Assembly: GCA_951406725.2 (NCBI GenBank)
Contig: OX597816.1
Location: 147,684,001 to 147,748,000, forward strand
Origin: Octopus vulgaris
Taxonomy: Eukaryota
Direction: 5' to 3'
Length of the DNA stretch: 64,000 nucleotides
Shown: positions 1 to 13,601 of the stretch, in pieces
Layout: every line of letters starts with the position of its first letter
How positions within the stretch are numbered: position 1 is the stretch's first letter
Made by a program: the position numbers and the translations under genes
The notes under the pieces: generated by a model
Told to the model about the DNA's origin: nothing
Database searches by the model: none
What the model saw: only the letters and a program-made list of their open reading frames with translations

Positions 1-446
1 AATGTGTATGCGTGTTTGTGCGCCCACGCATGACTATCTATGTTCTGCGGTCTTCGGATGTACATGTGTATGAGAGTATTTGCAATCAGTATAGAAGGCG
101 GCTAAACACTTGGCGAGCAAGAATTATGATTTATAAGAATCTCATATATTTCCTCTCATTTCAGGTCGCAGGTGTGATTTATATCCGATTACAATTGAAA
201 ACGATTCCCTACTTCTGAGAATTTCATGATGCGCTTTTGAATGAAGCCTAAACTGTGCTCTTATTTCAAATACAAACCTAAAGGGACATATACGAACCTG
301 CATATAGACGCGCACGTGCACACACACACACGCACACAAACACAAACTCACAAACACACACACATATATATGCATACACGCATATATACGCACTCCTATA
401 TATATATTTCAATACACATACGTATATACATACAGACATACATATA

Positions 447-482
<36 letters not shown>

Positions 483-504
483 TGTATGTATGTATGTATG
501 TATG

Positions 505-559
<55 letters not shown>

Positions 560-564
<5 letters not shown>

Positions 565-760
565 TGAAATTTTTACAAATATATTTACCAAAATTACATT
601 AAAATATCTTGAAATACTAAACAGTAAATTTATTCAAGACAAAATCGCCATTGGCTTCAACCACGACCTCCAGATGACATGGGAATATCCTGCAACTCTT
701 CTGGACGGTCTCCTTGTTTAATTTGGTGAATGCAGATAACTCATGTTTTTTTCAGGTTTC
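560..760 (+). mobile_element. Short dispersed repeat between (TA)n arrays; same family as 39820-39900 (opposite strand); probably PLE-derived
   Basis: atatcttgaaatac...gcaactcttctggacggtctccttgtttaa.tggtgaatg matches the reverse complement of 39820-39900; (TA)n on both sides. Confidence 0.5.
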
Positions 761-768
761 GTTTCTTC

Positions 769-800
<32 letters not shown>

Positions 801-887
801 ATATATTCCTTATTATTTCTTTATTCCTTATCATATTATGAGGTTAGGTAAACTTTTAGTTTTCAGTTTTTAGATTGTTTTAGGAAC

Positions 888-1008
888 TTGACCTGAGGAG
901 TGACTTCTTTTCGGAGTAAAATCATTTTTCCGTTCTAATGAACTTGGGAATTTTTTCTTTATATGATTTTATACAGTCCTAATTCAGCCATGAAACGTGC
1001 GTAGTCGA
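888..1008 (+). ncRNA. Type I hammerhead ribozyme motif with ~80-nt stem II insert
   Basis: Stem I ttgac/gtcga, core CTGAGGA (893-899), stem II gtgact/agccat (one mismatch), GAAA (992-995), stem III ACG-tg-CGT, GUA triplet. Confidence 0.6.
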
Positions 1009-1299
1009 TGTATAAGTACTTATTTTTATTCATTATATTATTGTTTTAATTTTTATTGTTCAATTAATATTTTATTTGATTTTAGATTAATATTTTTATG
1101 TGGAATGTTTCTTTGTATGGTATTCGCTGTGATTTTAAAGGTATTTGCTCTTATATATTATATGAATGTAATAACCTTACTGTTCAATATATATTATTAA
1201 AATTTTAGATTAGTATTGTGTATGGTATATGTCTCACAGAATGGTTTTGGACGGGTTTATTCATTGACTGAGTTGTGGAATGGTGGTTCGTCTCTAAAT

Positions 1300-1602
1300 T
1301 AGTTATATACATATATATTATATAATTCGAAATTCGGTCTAATATCATTATACTGAATTTTACCTGTAAGGTTGGAGTAATAATTTATTCCCTTGTGACC
1401 GCGTGTGTATCGTTGGCCATTTTTTCGTCCGTCTTCCCTTCCTTGGATCTTTCCTTTTCCTATGTTTCTGACGAAGAGCTTCGCTCGAAACGTTAAATTC
1501 TCCTTCTTTCTTTCCTTTCCTGAGCGTCCAATAACACTATACTTGTTCCACGTCCTCACGTTGTTGTGTTTTCTCTTTGCATTTTCAGGTTTGGATTAAC
1601 TG
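1300..1602 (+). mobile_element. PLE pLTR-like unit carrying an HHR; homolog at ~54815-55000 (minus)
   Basis: HHR at 1465-1498 followed by a pyrimidine-rich tail (ctttcctgagcgtccaataa...ttgttgt) ending in (TA)n; similar to the reverse complement of 54815-54960. Confidence 0.6.
1465..1498 (+). ncRNA. Minimal type I hammerhead ribozyme (PLE-type)
   Basis: ttt-CTGACGA-a-gagc-ttc-gctc-GAAA-CGTT-aaa; palindromic ACGT stem III, GUU triplet. Confidence 0.75.
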
Positions 1603-1614
1603 TATATATATATA

Positions 1615-1641
1615 TAGATAGATATAGACAGACAGACAGAC

Positions 1642-1733
<92 letters not shown>
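1615..1733. repeat. (TAGA/CAGA)n microsatellite
   Basis: Direct reading. Confidence 0.95.
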
Positions 1734-2872
1734 TGTATGCATACATGTAGAGTCAACAAATGAGATTCAGAGATGCACAATATAGAAAGCAATTATTAGT
1801 TCTCAAATTATTTGAACTTAGGCTACGAAGATGTTATGCATCGATATCTTAAGCTTCAAAAAATCCTTGCTCCAACTTTATGCTATCTAGTATCAGTAAT
1901 ATCTGATTACTATCGTTTTACAGGTAGCTACTAGAGATTTTATTTCTTCTGAATATATTTATTTAGAACCTACTTATACTTTCCGAAAAGAAAAAAAAGG
2001 CGCAACTAGAAATATGCTAATGGCATTGAGAGAAAATGTGTAGAACAGTTTTGGTTTTTTGAAATCAAATTGCTATTCTACGTTTATGTAAGAAAGAAAT
2101 GAACTTTCAGATATTGAATATGAACAGACTTATTGAGATTTAAACTGAATTTAACGCAACTAATAAGGATTTCTGACAAGGTACTGTGTATTTCTAGGCG
2201 TTGTGATTACTAAGCGAAATAGATTATGTAACAATCATCGTGCTCGACTTAGCGTATTCATAACTAACCACGCGACATAAATATTTCAATTGAAACTCCT
2301 GCCTAGTGTGCATCGAGGCGCTCATTACTGCTTCAAAGTGTTTACTTGTAGATCTGATGCACGACTTAATTTGTACCAAGAACGAATAATTCAATCTGTT
2401 GCTTCAAAGTAAAGCAGCTTATTAAACAAGTTGTTGGACATTTCATTCAAAAGTATCTTTATATGTTGATTACTATAGCCGTTAGTAACAAATATTCTTT
2501 TGAAATATCAAATTGAAATTCTTCAGTGAGCAACTCGCGAATTAGTGCAATTTAATATTTTGGTATTTGACTAAATTAGTCCTTATCTGTTCACGTAAAA
2601 CTTTAAATTCATATGGATGCACGTCTCACGATGGATACACACGTGTTTTCCACTTCTGTATTAAATGTAATGCTAGCAAAGGATAGATATGGAAAAAAAT
2701 CAGTACCGTACACAGTGTGTGTGTGAGTGTGTGTGTGTGTGTGTGCGTGTGTTTGTGTGTGTAAGTGGTGCGTGTGTGTTAAAACTTCTATTTAATAATT
2801 CAGGATATGAAAATGTACATGTATTTTTGCTGGTAACAAAGGTCATTGTCGTGAGTCGTAAGCAGAAAGCAT

Positions 2873-3146
2873 ACCTCGGCGGAATTTGAACTCAAAACGA
2901 AGCGGCAGACAAAATACCTATTTCTTTACTACCCACAAGTGGCTAAACACAGAGAGACAAACAAGGACAGACAAATGGATTAAGTCGATTATATCGACCC
3001 CAGTGCGTAACTAGTCCTTAATTTATCGACCCCGAAAGGATGAAAGGCAAAGTCGACCTCGGCGGAATTTGAACTCAGAACGTAATGCCAGACGAAATGC
3101 GGCTACGCATTTCGCCCAGCGTGCTAACGACTCTGCCAGCTCGCCG
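2873..3146 (-). mobile_element. tRNA-derived SINE, family A, with partial internal duplication
   Basis: Minus strand: cggcgagctggcagagtcgttagcac...gagttcaaattccgccgaggtcgactttgcctttcatcctttcggggtcgataaattaag; A/B-box-like head; homologous to 52701-52915. Confidence 0.85.
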
Positions 3147-3602
3147 ACTTTTTGAGCGCATACCTGACGACTTCCCAAGGTTACCAATGATCTTGCCGGG
3201 CGTTCTTTGTACGGTGACAGAGGTACAAATTATAGACGGAATACACGGAAACCGAGAGAATAATGAATTGATTAATGCTCACAATTATTTAGTATTCTGC
3301 CTATCCACAACCTTGAACTGACACAACATCGATCGACCACGAAAGGGCAAAAGAGAAGTTGATTTTGACAGAATTTTAGTGCAGAATGAGAATAAGTTGC
3401 ATAACGCATACCAACTCTCTCTCCTTTTCTCTTTCTCTCTCTCTATCTCTCTCCCACACATACACATACATCATGCATTCTTACATACACGTATTCACAT
3501 ATGTACATGTTTTGATGTGATATGTGATATACAAACCTAAAGAGTTATATATATATATATATATATATATACATACATACATACATACATACATGCATGC
3601 AT

Positions 3603-3648
<46 letters not shown>

Positions 3649-4651
3649 CACTGGGACGATTTACTTGATGCAAATCGAAGCCTAGAGTAACGCACAAATC
3701 AATTGATTCCAAACTCCCAGTTGAATAATGTTATCATTTACAAACATATTTTATTATATCAACTCTAATTTCGACGGAAACAAGAGGCGCGTTAAGAACG
3801 CATTATCGCTTTGTGTATAATTTGGTACCTACAAATAGATGTTAGGCGCTCGTCTACCATACATCACAAATATTCGCAGGCAACCCTCAACGCAAAGATA
3901 TTTCGAAGCACAGGCGTGTATGTGCACCTGCGTGTTTGTGTGTATGTGTGTATGAGTGTCTGGTGCGAGAGCATATATGTGCATATATAAACGAGTGTGC
4001 ACATATAAGCATGTTTACGCCATTATGTATATACTTCATCATATACATAGAATGTGCACATTTATATACTTTAATCTACAATGACATGTATGTTTATATG
4101 TGTGCGTTTGTGCACACGCACGCACACACACATGTATGTATGTATATGTACCTATATATAATATGTATATATATTTATATGTATATATTTATATATATAT
4201 TTGCAATGAACTTGTGTTGTCTATATATGCATATACATCTATATATGTATATATACATCTATATATGTATGCATACTTCGTTATATATATAAAGTGAGAG
4301 AGAGAGAGAGAGAAAGAGAAAGTTACACATAAGTGCGTGATTGTATGAGTGCATGTGTGTAGAGTTTTCCAATTAAGATGTCGAAAAGAACGTCCTGTGG
4401 GAAATTAAGATACAACACAATGTTAAAGTACTAAATCTTATACAGAGAAATATTTTTTTTTTACTTCTCTCTCTCCTTGTTATCACTACATAGGATAAGA
4501 CAGTTTCGATTTTCACTTTCAATTCCTAGACAACACTATATTAATTATGACACTTCGGATAAATACAAGTAAACATAAAGAAAAACAACTTGCAGAATAT
4601 TATAAAACAAGATATAGGCATGTGTATGTATAGATATATACATATATATCT

Positions 4652-4726
<75 letters not shown>

Positions 4727-4793
4727 ATATATATAAAATGTATGTATATATATGTGTGTGTATATATATATATATAATGTATGTGTATATGTG

Positions 4794-4836
<43 letters not shown>

Positions 4837-5356
4837 ATTTACATATATATATATATAGATAGATAGATAGATAGATATTCGTTTTGATGGGAAAAATACG
4901 ATTCAGGTAAGAAATTAACGGTGTATACTCACATGCATACATATCTACGCACGTGTATATATGTCTGTCAGTGTGTGTGTGTGTCTGTCTGTCTGTATGT
5001 ATGTATGTATGTATGTATGCATGTATGTATGTATGTATGTATGTATGTATGTATGTATGTATGTATGTAGACAAGTGAAAATCAAAGTGGAAAATAGCCT
5101 TATAGTCTCAAATGAACATCTGAGAAAAATGGACAGAACTCTCAGCGTGAAATTGGTAGTTTTTATTGTCATGAATCATGTTATTCCTTAAACTATATAA
5201 TATGAATATACGAAATTACACAAACACGTAGAAATATTCTTATCGAATTGTTAGTATGCCTTTACCGTTTATTGCAGACAAGCTTCTTCTTTTTCGTTTC
5301 CTCATCTGTTGTTCTTTCACCTCTTTTTCGTGTCTTTTTGTACTTTTAGATTTGCT

Positions 5357-5390
<34 letters not shown>

Positions 5391-5400
5391 TGTGTGTATG

Positions 5401-5740
5401 TATAAAGATAAATTAAATAGAGGGATACTATTGACAATCCAATACTTTGTATTATAGTATTATATGATATTCTATTAATATAACAATATTATATAACATA
5501 AACAATTATTTGAAAAAACCCTAAAAGGCCAACGAATTGTTTCGACTTATGTATATATATATATATATCTACAATAACAGTTCCCTTATGTATATGAATC
5601 GAAACAATGTGTTGGCCTTTTATGTTTTTTTAATAATTGTTTGTTATATAGTATTTTGTTATATTATATTCATAGTATTATAATAGCAATAAATTATTGG
5701 ATTGTCAATAGTATCTCTCTATTGAATTTATCTTTGTAAT
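5401..5740. mobile_element. Degenerate fold-back (~150-bp arms 5401-5550 / 5592-5740), PLE inverted-pLTR type; retains only the 3' half of an HHR-like motif
   Basis: aaagataaattaaatagagggatactattgacaatccaata pairs with tattggattgtcaatagtatctctctattgaatttatcttt; aaaaggccaacgaattgtttcga pairs with tcgaaacaatgtgttggcctttt. Confidence 0.7.
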
Positions 5741-5848
5741 TACATTATATCCATATATATATATTGTTTCCAACTGACTTACAAGTGAATTTTATGTTTA
5801 ATTCACTGGTAATCCATACCCCTTTGAAGGATCTCTTTTCCTCAGTTC

Positions 5849-5886
<38 letters not shown>

Positions 5887-5900
<14 letters not shown>

Positions 5901-5918
5901 ATATGCACACGCACGCAC

Positions 5919-5956
<38 letters not shown>

Positions 5957-6004
5957 CATATATATATGTATGTATATATGCACACGCACGCACATAAGTA
6001 TATA

Positions 6005-6039
<35 letters not shown>

Positions 6040-6069
6040 GTATGTATATATGCACACGCACGCACATAA

Positions 6070-6153
<84 letters not shown>

Positions 6154-6195
6154 TTATGTATATATGCACACGCTCGCACATATATATATATATAT
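5887..6195. repeat. Compound minisatellite, 4 units of atgtatatatgcacacgcacgcacata + (TA)n
   Basis: Four copies separated by variable TA runs. Confidence 0.85.
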
Positions 6196-7460
6196 AACGA
6201 CAATTTAGAAAATCACTTCACCTTCCTCTGATATTTATTAAGTACATGAAACTACGACTACGAGTAGTGAGATATAGTGAAATATTCTATCCTCCCCCAC
6301 CGTCATAGTGTACATTTTTTGATCAATTTCATTTGAAAGCAGTGTGAAATCGTTGTAATTTTTATGTATATCTTAACAATATTAACCATGTTTCGCTGAT
6401 TATTTTTATGAGCCTATGTACTAGCAAGTGTAGATATAAAACATTCACTTAACAACACTCTTGTCCCAATGAAAAGAACAATGATGTCACTGACTATGAG
6501 AGAGACTTCTGTGCCAATATCAGGTCGGCGCTCTTCTCAGGTAAGAGTCTGGTCCAATATGAAATAGAATGCCTTGCTTAAGGAGAAAGTACACTGCATA
6601 GTGCAGGAATCAAAGTCACGAAGTTACGAGTTTGATAGTAACTTCCCTTCACACTTCGTTTTCATATATGAAAGTGAATATTTTTCGTCTTACCCGTTTA
6701 CAACACCTTCCAAAGCGATTTCGCCTATCCAGCTCTAAATACTACACTTCAGTTACATTATCAATGACGCAAATTAAGAAAACTGCCTATAGTTAACGTT
6801 ACTTGTAGTCAAATTCGTACTTCATCATCCAGAATAAAGTAAGTTGTGTCTGATGTTATGAGATTGTGCGAAGGATAAAAGTTAATAACGAATCTAAAAA
6901 TAAGATTAAAATGGACGTTCCACTTTCTGTAGTTTGGAATGACTGTTTACATACGCATGTCTCTCTTTATCTCTTAATATCCCTCTGTCTCTCTCTCTCA
7001 CTCTTCCTTTCTCTTCATAAACACTCGTACAGGCCTGCATGTGATGCAGACCTATAATTTGGATCGCTCTTAACACGTATTTTCGAAAATATCAACTCAA
7101 ATGATGTTTTCTATATCTAAATATGTTTATAGAATAGAAACAATTGTCGGTTTAAACGGTGGGGCCTGTAATAAAAGTGTGATTTTCTATCTACGTATTT
7201 TTGTTGCCTAATACCATTGAATTTCTCGAAATTCTTTTAAATGATATTTGGATTTAAATATCATACCGGACGAATTAATTTTGATGTGTATTCTATTTAC
7301 GTGTTTTCTAGTGTGAGGTTGTTGGATATAGTTAACCAAATATGTTTAAAACTAAGTATTTTATTGATAGCTACTTGTTATTTTTAATCTGTTTTTAGTT
7401 ATTACGTTCAAATATATATACATATATGTGTATGTATATATATATATGCAGACAGACAGA

Positions 7461-7646
7461 ACGCGGTAATAAGTTTGCTTACCAACCACATACGTCTCGG
7501 TTCAGTCTCTCTGCGCTACGTCTTGAACAAATAACATCTACTACACCCTCAGGCCGACCAAAGCCTTGTGAGTGGAGTTGGTAGGTTGGTAGATGCATCA
7601 GACAGAAGCCCTCTTTCTCTCTCTCTCTCTCTCTCTCCACACACAA

Positions 7647-7689
<43 letters not shown>

Positions 7690-7915
7690 CACATATACAT
7701 ATATTTATTCATTTATTTATTTATGTGCTAGTGTATGTAATTGTCCGCAGTCACTGCTTGACTTACGGTATTGCTTTGTTTACGTGCCAAAAATCTGTCA
7801 GTTTGAGATGAGATGTCGATAGAATAAATAACAGTGTTTATAAATTATGAACTGGGGTCTATTACTTCAACAAAGGCCCTTCTGTATGTACGCATTCCAA
7901 TGACTAAAATAAGGG
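7461..7915 (+). mobile_element. tRNA-derived SINE, family B (degenerate)
   Basis: ggtaataagtttgcttaccaaccaca...ggttcagtc...ggccgaccaaagccttgtgagtgga...; homologous to 14957, 49261, 60696. Confidence 0.75.
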
Positions 7916-8094
7916 GGAAAACATTATATATACATGCACACAAACACATAACTCATATTATATATATATATAGAAAATAGTAAAAAGTGAAAAAAACTAC
8001 AGAAGGCTTGTTTTAAAAGTTTAAAAAATATATATTTGAGTCATTATGTCAGAAGAATGTTATAAATTTTTTCATACAATGACATAGTTTTTGA

Positions 8095-8134
8095 AGAAAT
8101 GACCGGTTTCGCGTTCAGCTTTTCAAATTTCTTA
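8095..8134 (-). ncRNA. Minimal hammerhead ribozyme, inverted copy
   Basis: Reverse complement of 8321-8360. Confidence 0.75.
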
Positions 8135-8320
8135 CATCATTATGATTTCGTTGAGAAGGGTAAAGAAGAGTTCTAGGTAAGGTGAGGTAATAAGAAACTC
8201 ACCTCCCAAAAAAGGCAAGAAATATTAAGCGATTATCTCCCTTACACCGGAAGAAATCACTTATTACCTCCCCTTGCCTGGAACTCTTCTGTACACTTCT
8301 CAACGAAATCATAACGATGT

Positions 8321-8360
8321 AAGAAATTTGAAAAGCTGAACGCGAAACCGGTCATTTCTT
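8321..8360 (+). ncRNA. Minimal type I hammerhead ribozyme, U3-A8 core variant
   Basis: Stem I aagaaat/atttctt (7 bp), core TTGAAAA, stem II gc-tgaac-gc, GAAA, palindrome ACCGGT, GUC triplet. Confidence 0.75.
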
Positions 8361-8521
8361 CAAAAACTATGTCATTGTATGAAAAAAATTTATAACATTC
8401 TTCTGACATAATGACTCAAATATATTTTTTTTAACCTTTTAAAACAAGCCTTCTGTAGGTTTTTCACTTTTTACTATTTTCTATATATTCAACCACGTGC
8501 TTTCACACGCCAACTTTCTCA

Positions 8522-8557
<36 letters not shown>

Positions 8558-8603
8558 TGTCTGTGTGTATACATATACATACAAAAGAATGAAAGGGGCG
8601 GCA

Positions 8604-9404
8604 GCAGAAATCTAGAATAGTCTTATGTATGGAACTTGGAAAAGTACAAATCAAGAAGAAAATTTAAAATATTGCTGCTGAAATTAGATTTTTAAAAATA
8701 AACTATTGTTAATCCTCTGTCTTTGAATTAAAACACAGAAGAAACTATTTATTTTCAATTTTCGTGAAAATGCTAATTGCCTGCAAGTTTATACATTAAA
8801 AATTTGATATTACAAATTTATATATTTTTAAAAATCGCCTAATAGCAATTTAAGCAAAATTGGCAATTACAACCCATAAGTTACAGAACCATTTCTATAT
8901 TTTGCGCTCAATTTGTTCATTTTTTTAAAGATAATTTTCTAATGGTAAATAGAAAATTCCTTGTTATCTGATAATGGAAACTTCAGAGAAATTGTTTTGT
9001 TTCTTAAAAAAAAAGAATTTTTTTTACAATTTTTTACTCTTTTGAATTACATATAGTCTATATGAGTTTAATTTTGTAACACAATATCACTGATTTAAAA
9101 GTTTTGGATAAATTGTTTTCTTTAAAAAAACAGATTTAAAATAATTTAATACTAAAAATAACACAGAAATATTTTAGCTTCATATAAAGAATTTTTTAAG
9201 TAAAAAATATTGACTTAGATTTTTTAAACTAGCAATAAAATGCATTAAAAACTTATATAATAAACAAAACAGAGCACACTCTATTTCATGAATAATTTCA
9301 GAAATTTATATAGCAAATTCGAACCTCAGCTCCAATATTTTAATTCTCACTTCTTGTTCTGTTCTCTTCCAGATTCAAATCTTAAGAATATCCTAGAATA
9401 CTGC
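8604..9404. repeat. Old degenerate inverted repeat (~80-bp arms 8604-8686 / 9322-9404); possible MITE or fold-back relic
   Basis: gcagaaatctagaatagtctta...caagaag...ttaaaatattgctgctga aligns, roughly 70% by eye, to the reverse complement of tcagctccaatattttaa...cttcttg...taagaatatcctagaatactgc. Confidence 0.5.
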
Positions 9405-10910
9405 ACTTGCATTTTTTCTTCTAGTCCACTTTTTCTTTAGGGAACGCTGCTGTCATTAAAATGAATTACCCTAACGTTTATAATTGAAAAAACTGATAGC
9501 ATTGTAAATGTTTTTAATTATACATTTTGCTCAAACAGAAATTTTGTTTACACAAATAAATAACGAAATATTAATAGCAGGAAATCTGTTACAAATAAAT
9601 TTTCAGACAATTTCTTTTTAAATAATTTTATATTCTAATTATATATATAGATTGAATAATTGATAATTAGTTTTTTGAATGTTACATTTCAATTTCAATA
9701 TGATTTTAATACATAGATATTTTAATACATATTCAGTGTAATAAAAATTAATTCGAAATGGCAAGAATGCCATAACTATTTTTATGCTTCTTATTTTTAG
9801 ACGGGGTTTTCTTCAAAATAATCGTCTGGATGGAATCTTTTATTTGAGCTCGAATATTATTATTTTTTCTTTCAGAAAGACAAAAAACTAATTTGATTTC
9901 ATAACATCATCGCTATTTTATCGCCACTTAAAGCCACTCAACTTTTTTTTTTGTAGCTAATATTTCTTGACTGTCTTTCTCCATAAGATTCGTCTCACAG
10001 AGCTCTTGCTTTTGAAGTAAATTTTGAACGAAAAACAGTGAGGATATCGCCTTAAACGACTGGCTAGGTATATTTACAAAACAGGAAAAGTGCCCGGCAA
10101 GCCGCTAGAGTATGGAGCTCTGCGCCTCATACATACACACCGGTTAAATGCTCAGTACCACTAAGGTAAGCAACCCATAAGGCTAAATATTTTAATAGGA
10201 CAAAAATATCTTAATTTGTTAACATGATCACCTTTTCTTGATTGCCAACCAATTTGGTGCAACTAATATTTTTTGACGATGTTTTCATCATAAGATTCCA
10301 CTCATAAAGTTCTTACGTTTTACTACCACAATTGTATAGTATTCTTTAACAATAAGTGAGATATTTTGATTCAAAACCATTTTTAGTGGTTACTTAAAGT
10401 CACACAACGTTTTCACTTGCGAATACTTTTTAACGAGATATTCATCAAAATATTCTTTGGAACGAGCACATTCTATTAAACCCAATTAATCTCAACTTTT
10501 TTCGAAGTTAATTTTTCACTTTAATTTTCCATATTTTGATCTAACTTTTTTTCCTAATGAACCAAATTTCAATTATTTTATCTCAGAATGTAGTTTAAAA
10601 CTGGACCGTCATCGCTAAAAAAACACACCCAATTTGGTTGCGAACTGAATTGGTAATGAAGCGTAAAATTTCACGCGAATAACTAAAAGTTGACCTTAAT
10701 AATATACTCACTCACTGCTGTGGGTGGCACGTCCTCAGATTCATTTTTATCCGATATTCTGTTTTTAATTGTTTGTTTTACACACACAATACGGAACCAA
10801 AAATTCAGCAGAAAATATTTTCGAAGATATTAATGCCTCTATTATTATCTCATGTAACAATTAAGAATGAAAATAACAGAGTCAATTATATTGGCGATTG
10901 CAGGTATAAG

Positions 10911-11189
10911 AAGCATTAAATAGCAGAAGGATTAAAATTGCACAATGGACATACAAAGTATGTCTACCTACTGGAAATAGAGGTTGCAATTCTTATAATA
11001 AGAGTTTTCACTGTTATTTCAAGTAGGTAGACATACTTTGATTAATTATCTATCTATCTATCTATGTGTCTATCTATCGTTCTCTCTCTCTCTATATATA
11101 TATATAGATAGATAGACAGACAGGGCTGCACACAGATAGAACAAATTACAAGGTAGAGCTTTTCTTTTGAAGGTTTAAAAAAAAAAAAA

Positions 11190-11228
<39 letters not shown>

Positions 11229-11479
11229 GTATGATAAAAATAGCTCTTCCTTCCCGTTTGAAGGAAGGAGGCGTGACGATATTAACGATAGACTCGGCGG
11301 ATAAGATAGATAGACAGACAGATAGATAGATAATTAATCAAAGGGCATACAAAGTATGTCTACCTACTTGAGATAACAGTGAAAACTCTTATTATAAGAG
11401 TTATGACCTCTATTTCCAGTAGGTAGACATACTTTGTATGTCCATTGTGCAATTTTAATCATTCAGCTATTTAATGCTT
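10911..11479. repeat. Nested inverted repeat: ~150-bp outer arms, each containing its own ~26-bp-stem hairpin
   Basis: 10911-11060 is the reverse complement of ~11320-11479; within each arm caaagtatgtctacctact pairs with agtaggtagacatactttg. Confidence 0.85.
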
Positions 11480-11569
11480 GTTGCCAACTTAATGTGGCAG
11501 TCCGAGGAATGGGATTATTGCTACTGCTATTTAGCCCCAAGAAACACCGTCTCTATTTGGTTACGCACA

Positions 11570-12183
<614 letters not shown>

Positions 12184-13026
12184 GAATTTAATTCCGTCCG
12201 TAGCAAAAAAATTCAATTTTCTTCTCGTATATGTAGAAAATTATTGCTGGTTAAAATCAAATACTTGACGTTTAACAGCGTTATATTATTTTATGTTGGG
12301 TAATATTCATTATTCTTCCCACATTGGGGAAAATAGTTTCCCATATTATACAAGACTCTAAAACTGATCAATAAGGTTAAACAAAAAATACTAAAGTAGT
12401 ATTTCTAAGTAGAGGATTGTTACATCCACACCTTAACAATGGTTCGTGTGGCTGCTTCCTTCGTGTAATATTTAGAACTGAATAGACGAAAACCTCGTTG
12501 GGTCTTAATTTTTACGCGTTCCCTTTAACCGTCGAATATTAAAATACTACTACTACGTTAGTATATAAATATATATAATATTTTGCTGTGTATCTGCATA
12601 ATAGAAAAAATATCTGGATCTATAACAGGAACGTCGCATTTCATTTCCTGGCCGAATCACCAGCAAATGCGATATAATTCAACTCAAATATTCTCGACGT
12701 AAATATAATAGGCCGATAAATCTGTCGAAAATGCACCATACCATATATATATTAATAATTCATGGTTTTAGTAATTTTGCTATTATTTTCTGTAATGTGT
12801 TTGAAAAGGTATAACCAACACATCATCTTATATCAACTTCTTTTAAATCGTATCCATAGAAGGAAAACAAAGATATTACAGTAAGACTTCAATTCAGCAT
12901 TATAGAGAAAATATTTCACTATCCAATTCTAAATGCTCTGATAATTTTCTATGAAATATTTATATCCATTGCGAACATCGGAAAAATACGTTATCAATGA
13001 GAACCCAAGTTCGAAATTACCCCAGG

Positions 13027-13066
13027 ACACCTGATGAAGGCTGGAGAGTACATTAGCCGAAATGTA
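13027..13066 (+). ncRNA. Degenerate hammerhead ribozyme motif in a PLE-like remnant
   Basis: CTGATGA-a-ggctgg-agagtaca-ttagcc-GAAA-tgt; stems I and III decayed. Confidence 0.5.
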
Positions 13067-13527
13067 TCAACAACAATCAAGATGAGGACAAATATCCGTC
13101 AAATGTAAATAAGTCTATTCTCATACCGAATGTAGGTCCTGTGGTTGAATATTTTGCCCGTTAGGTCTATTTCGTGCTGCATTGCTATAACAAAATTTAT
13201 TATAGTGAATGGATATTACAAAATGAAGTTCTACGGAGAGCAATTGAGAAACTCTTCGCAGTAGTAGTTAGTTACGAAGGGTATAGTTTTGGATAAAATG
13301 TTATAAATAAGAATGGAGAAGTTGTACGAAAAGAAACCTCCACCCATGGCATGATAATTCTTCTCATCTGAGACCTCGAACAGCAATGGATTGTATCACT
13401 ATCTACATATAAATACAAAACATACACACATATATCTTGCTCTATATATTGGCTACTCTTCGAAAACATAAACGTCTCTCTCTTTCACTCTCTCTATATA
13501 TATGTGTATTTCTATATGTGTATAGAA

Positions 13528-13601
<74 letters not shown>

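Larger units (their letters stand above)
7967..8523. mobile_element. Near-perfect fold-back PLE remnant (arms 7967-8194 / 8260-8487, ~65-nt spacer) in (TA)n
   Basis: ~228-bp inverted arms with few mismatches; each arm carries an HHR; extra tail 8488-8523; (TA)n on both sides. Confidence 0.85.

Noticed and set aside
5887-6195. Repeat-spacer-like periodicity resembling CRISPR
   Set aside because: Spacers are TA runs, context is eukaryotic, no cas genes
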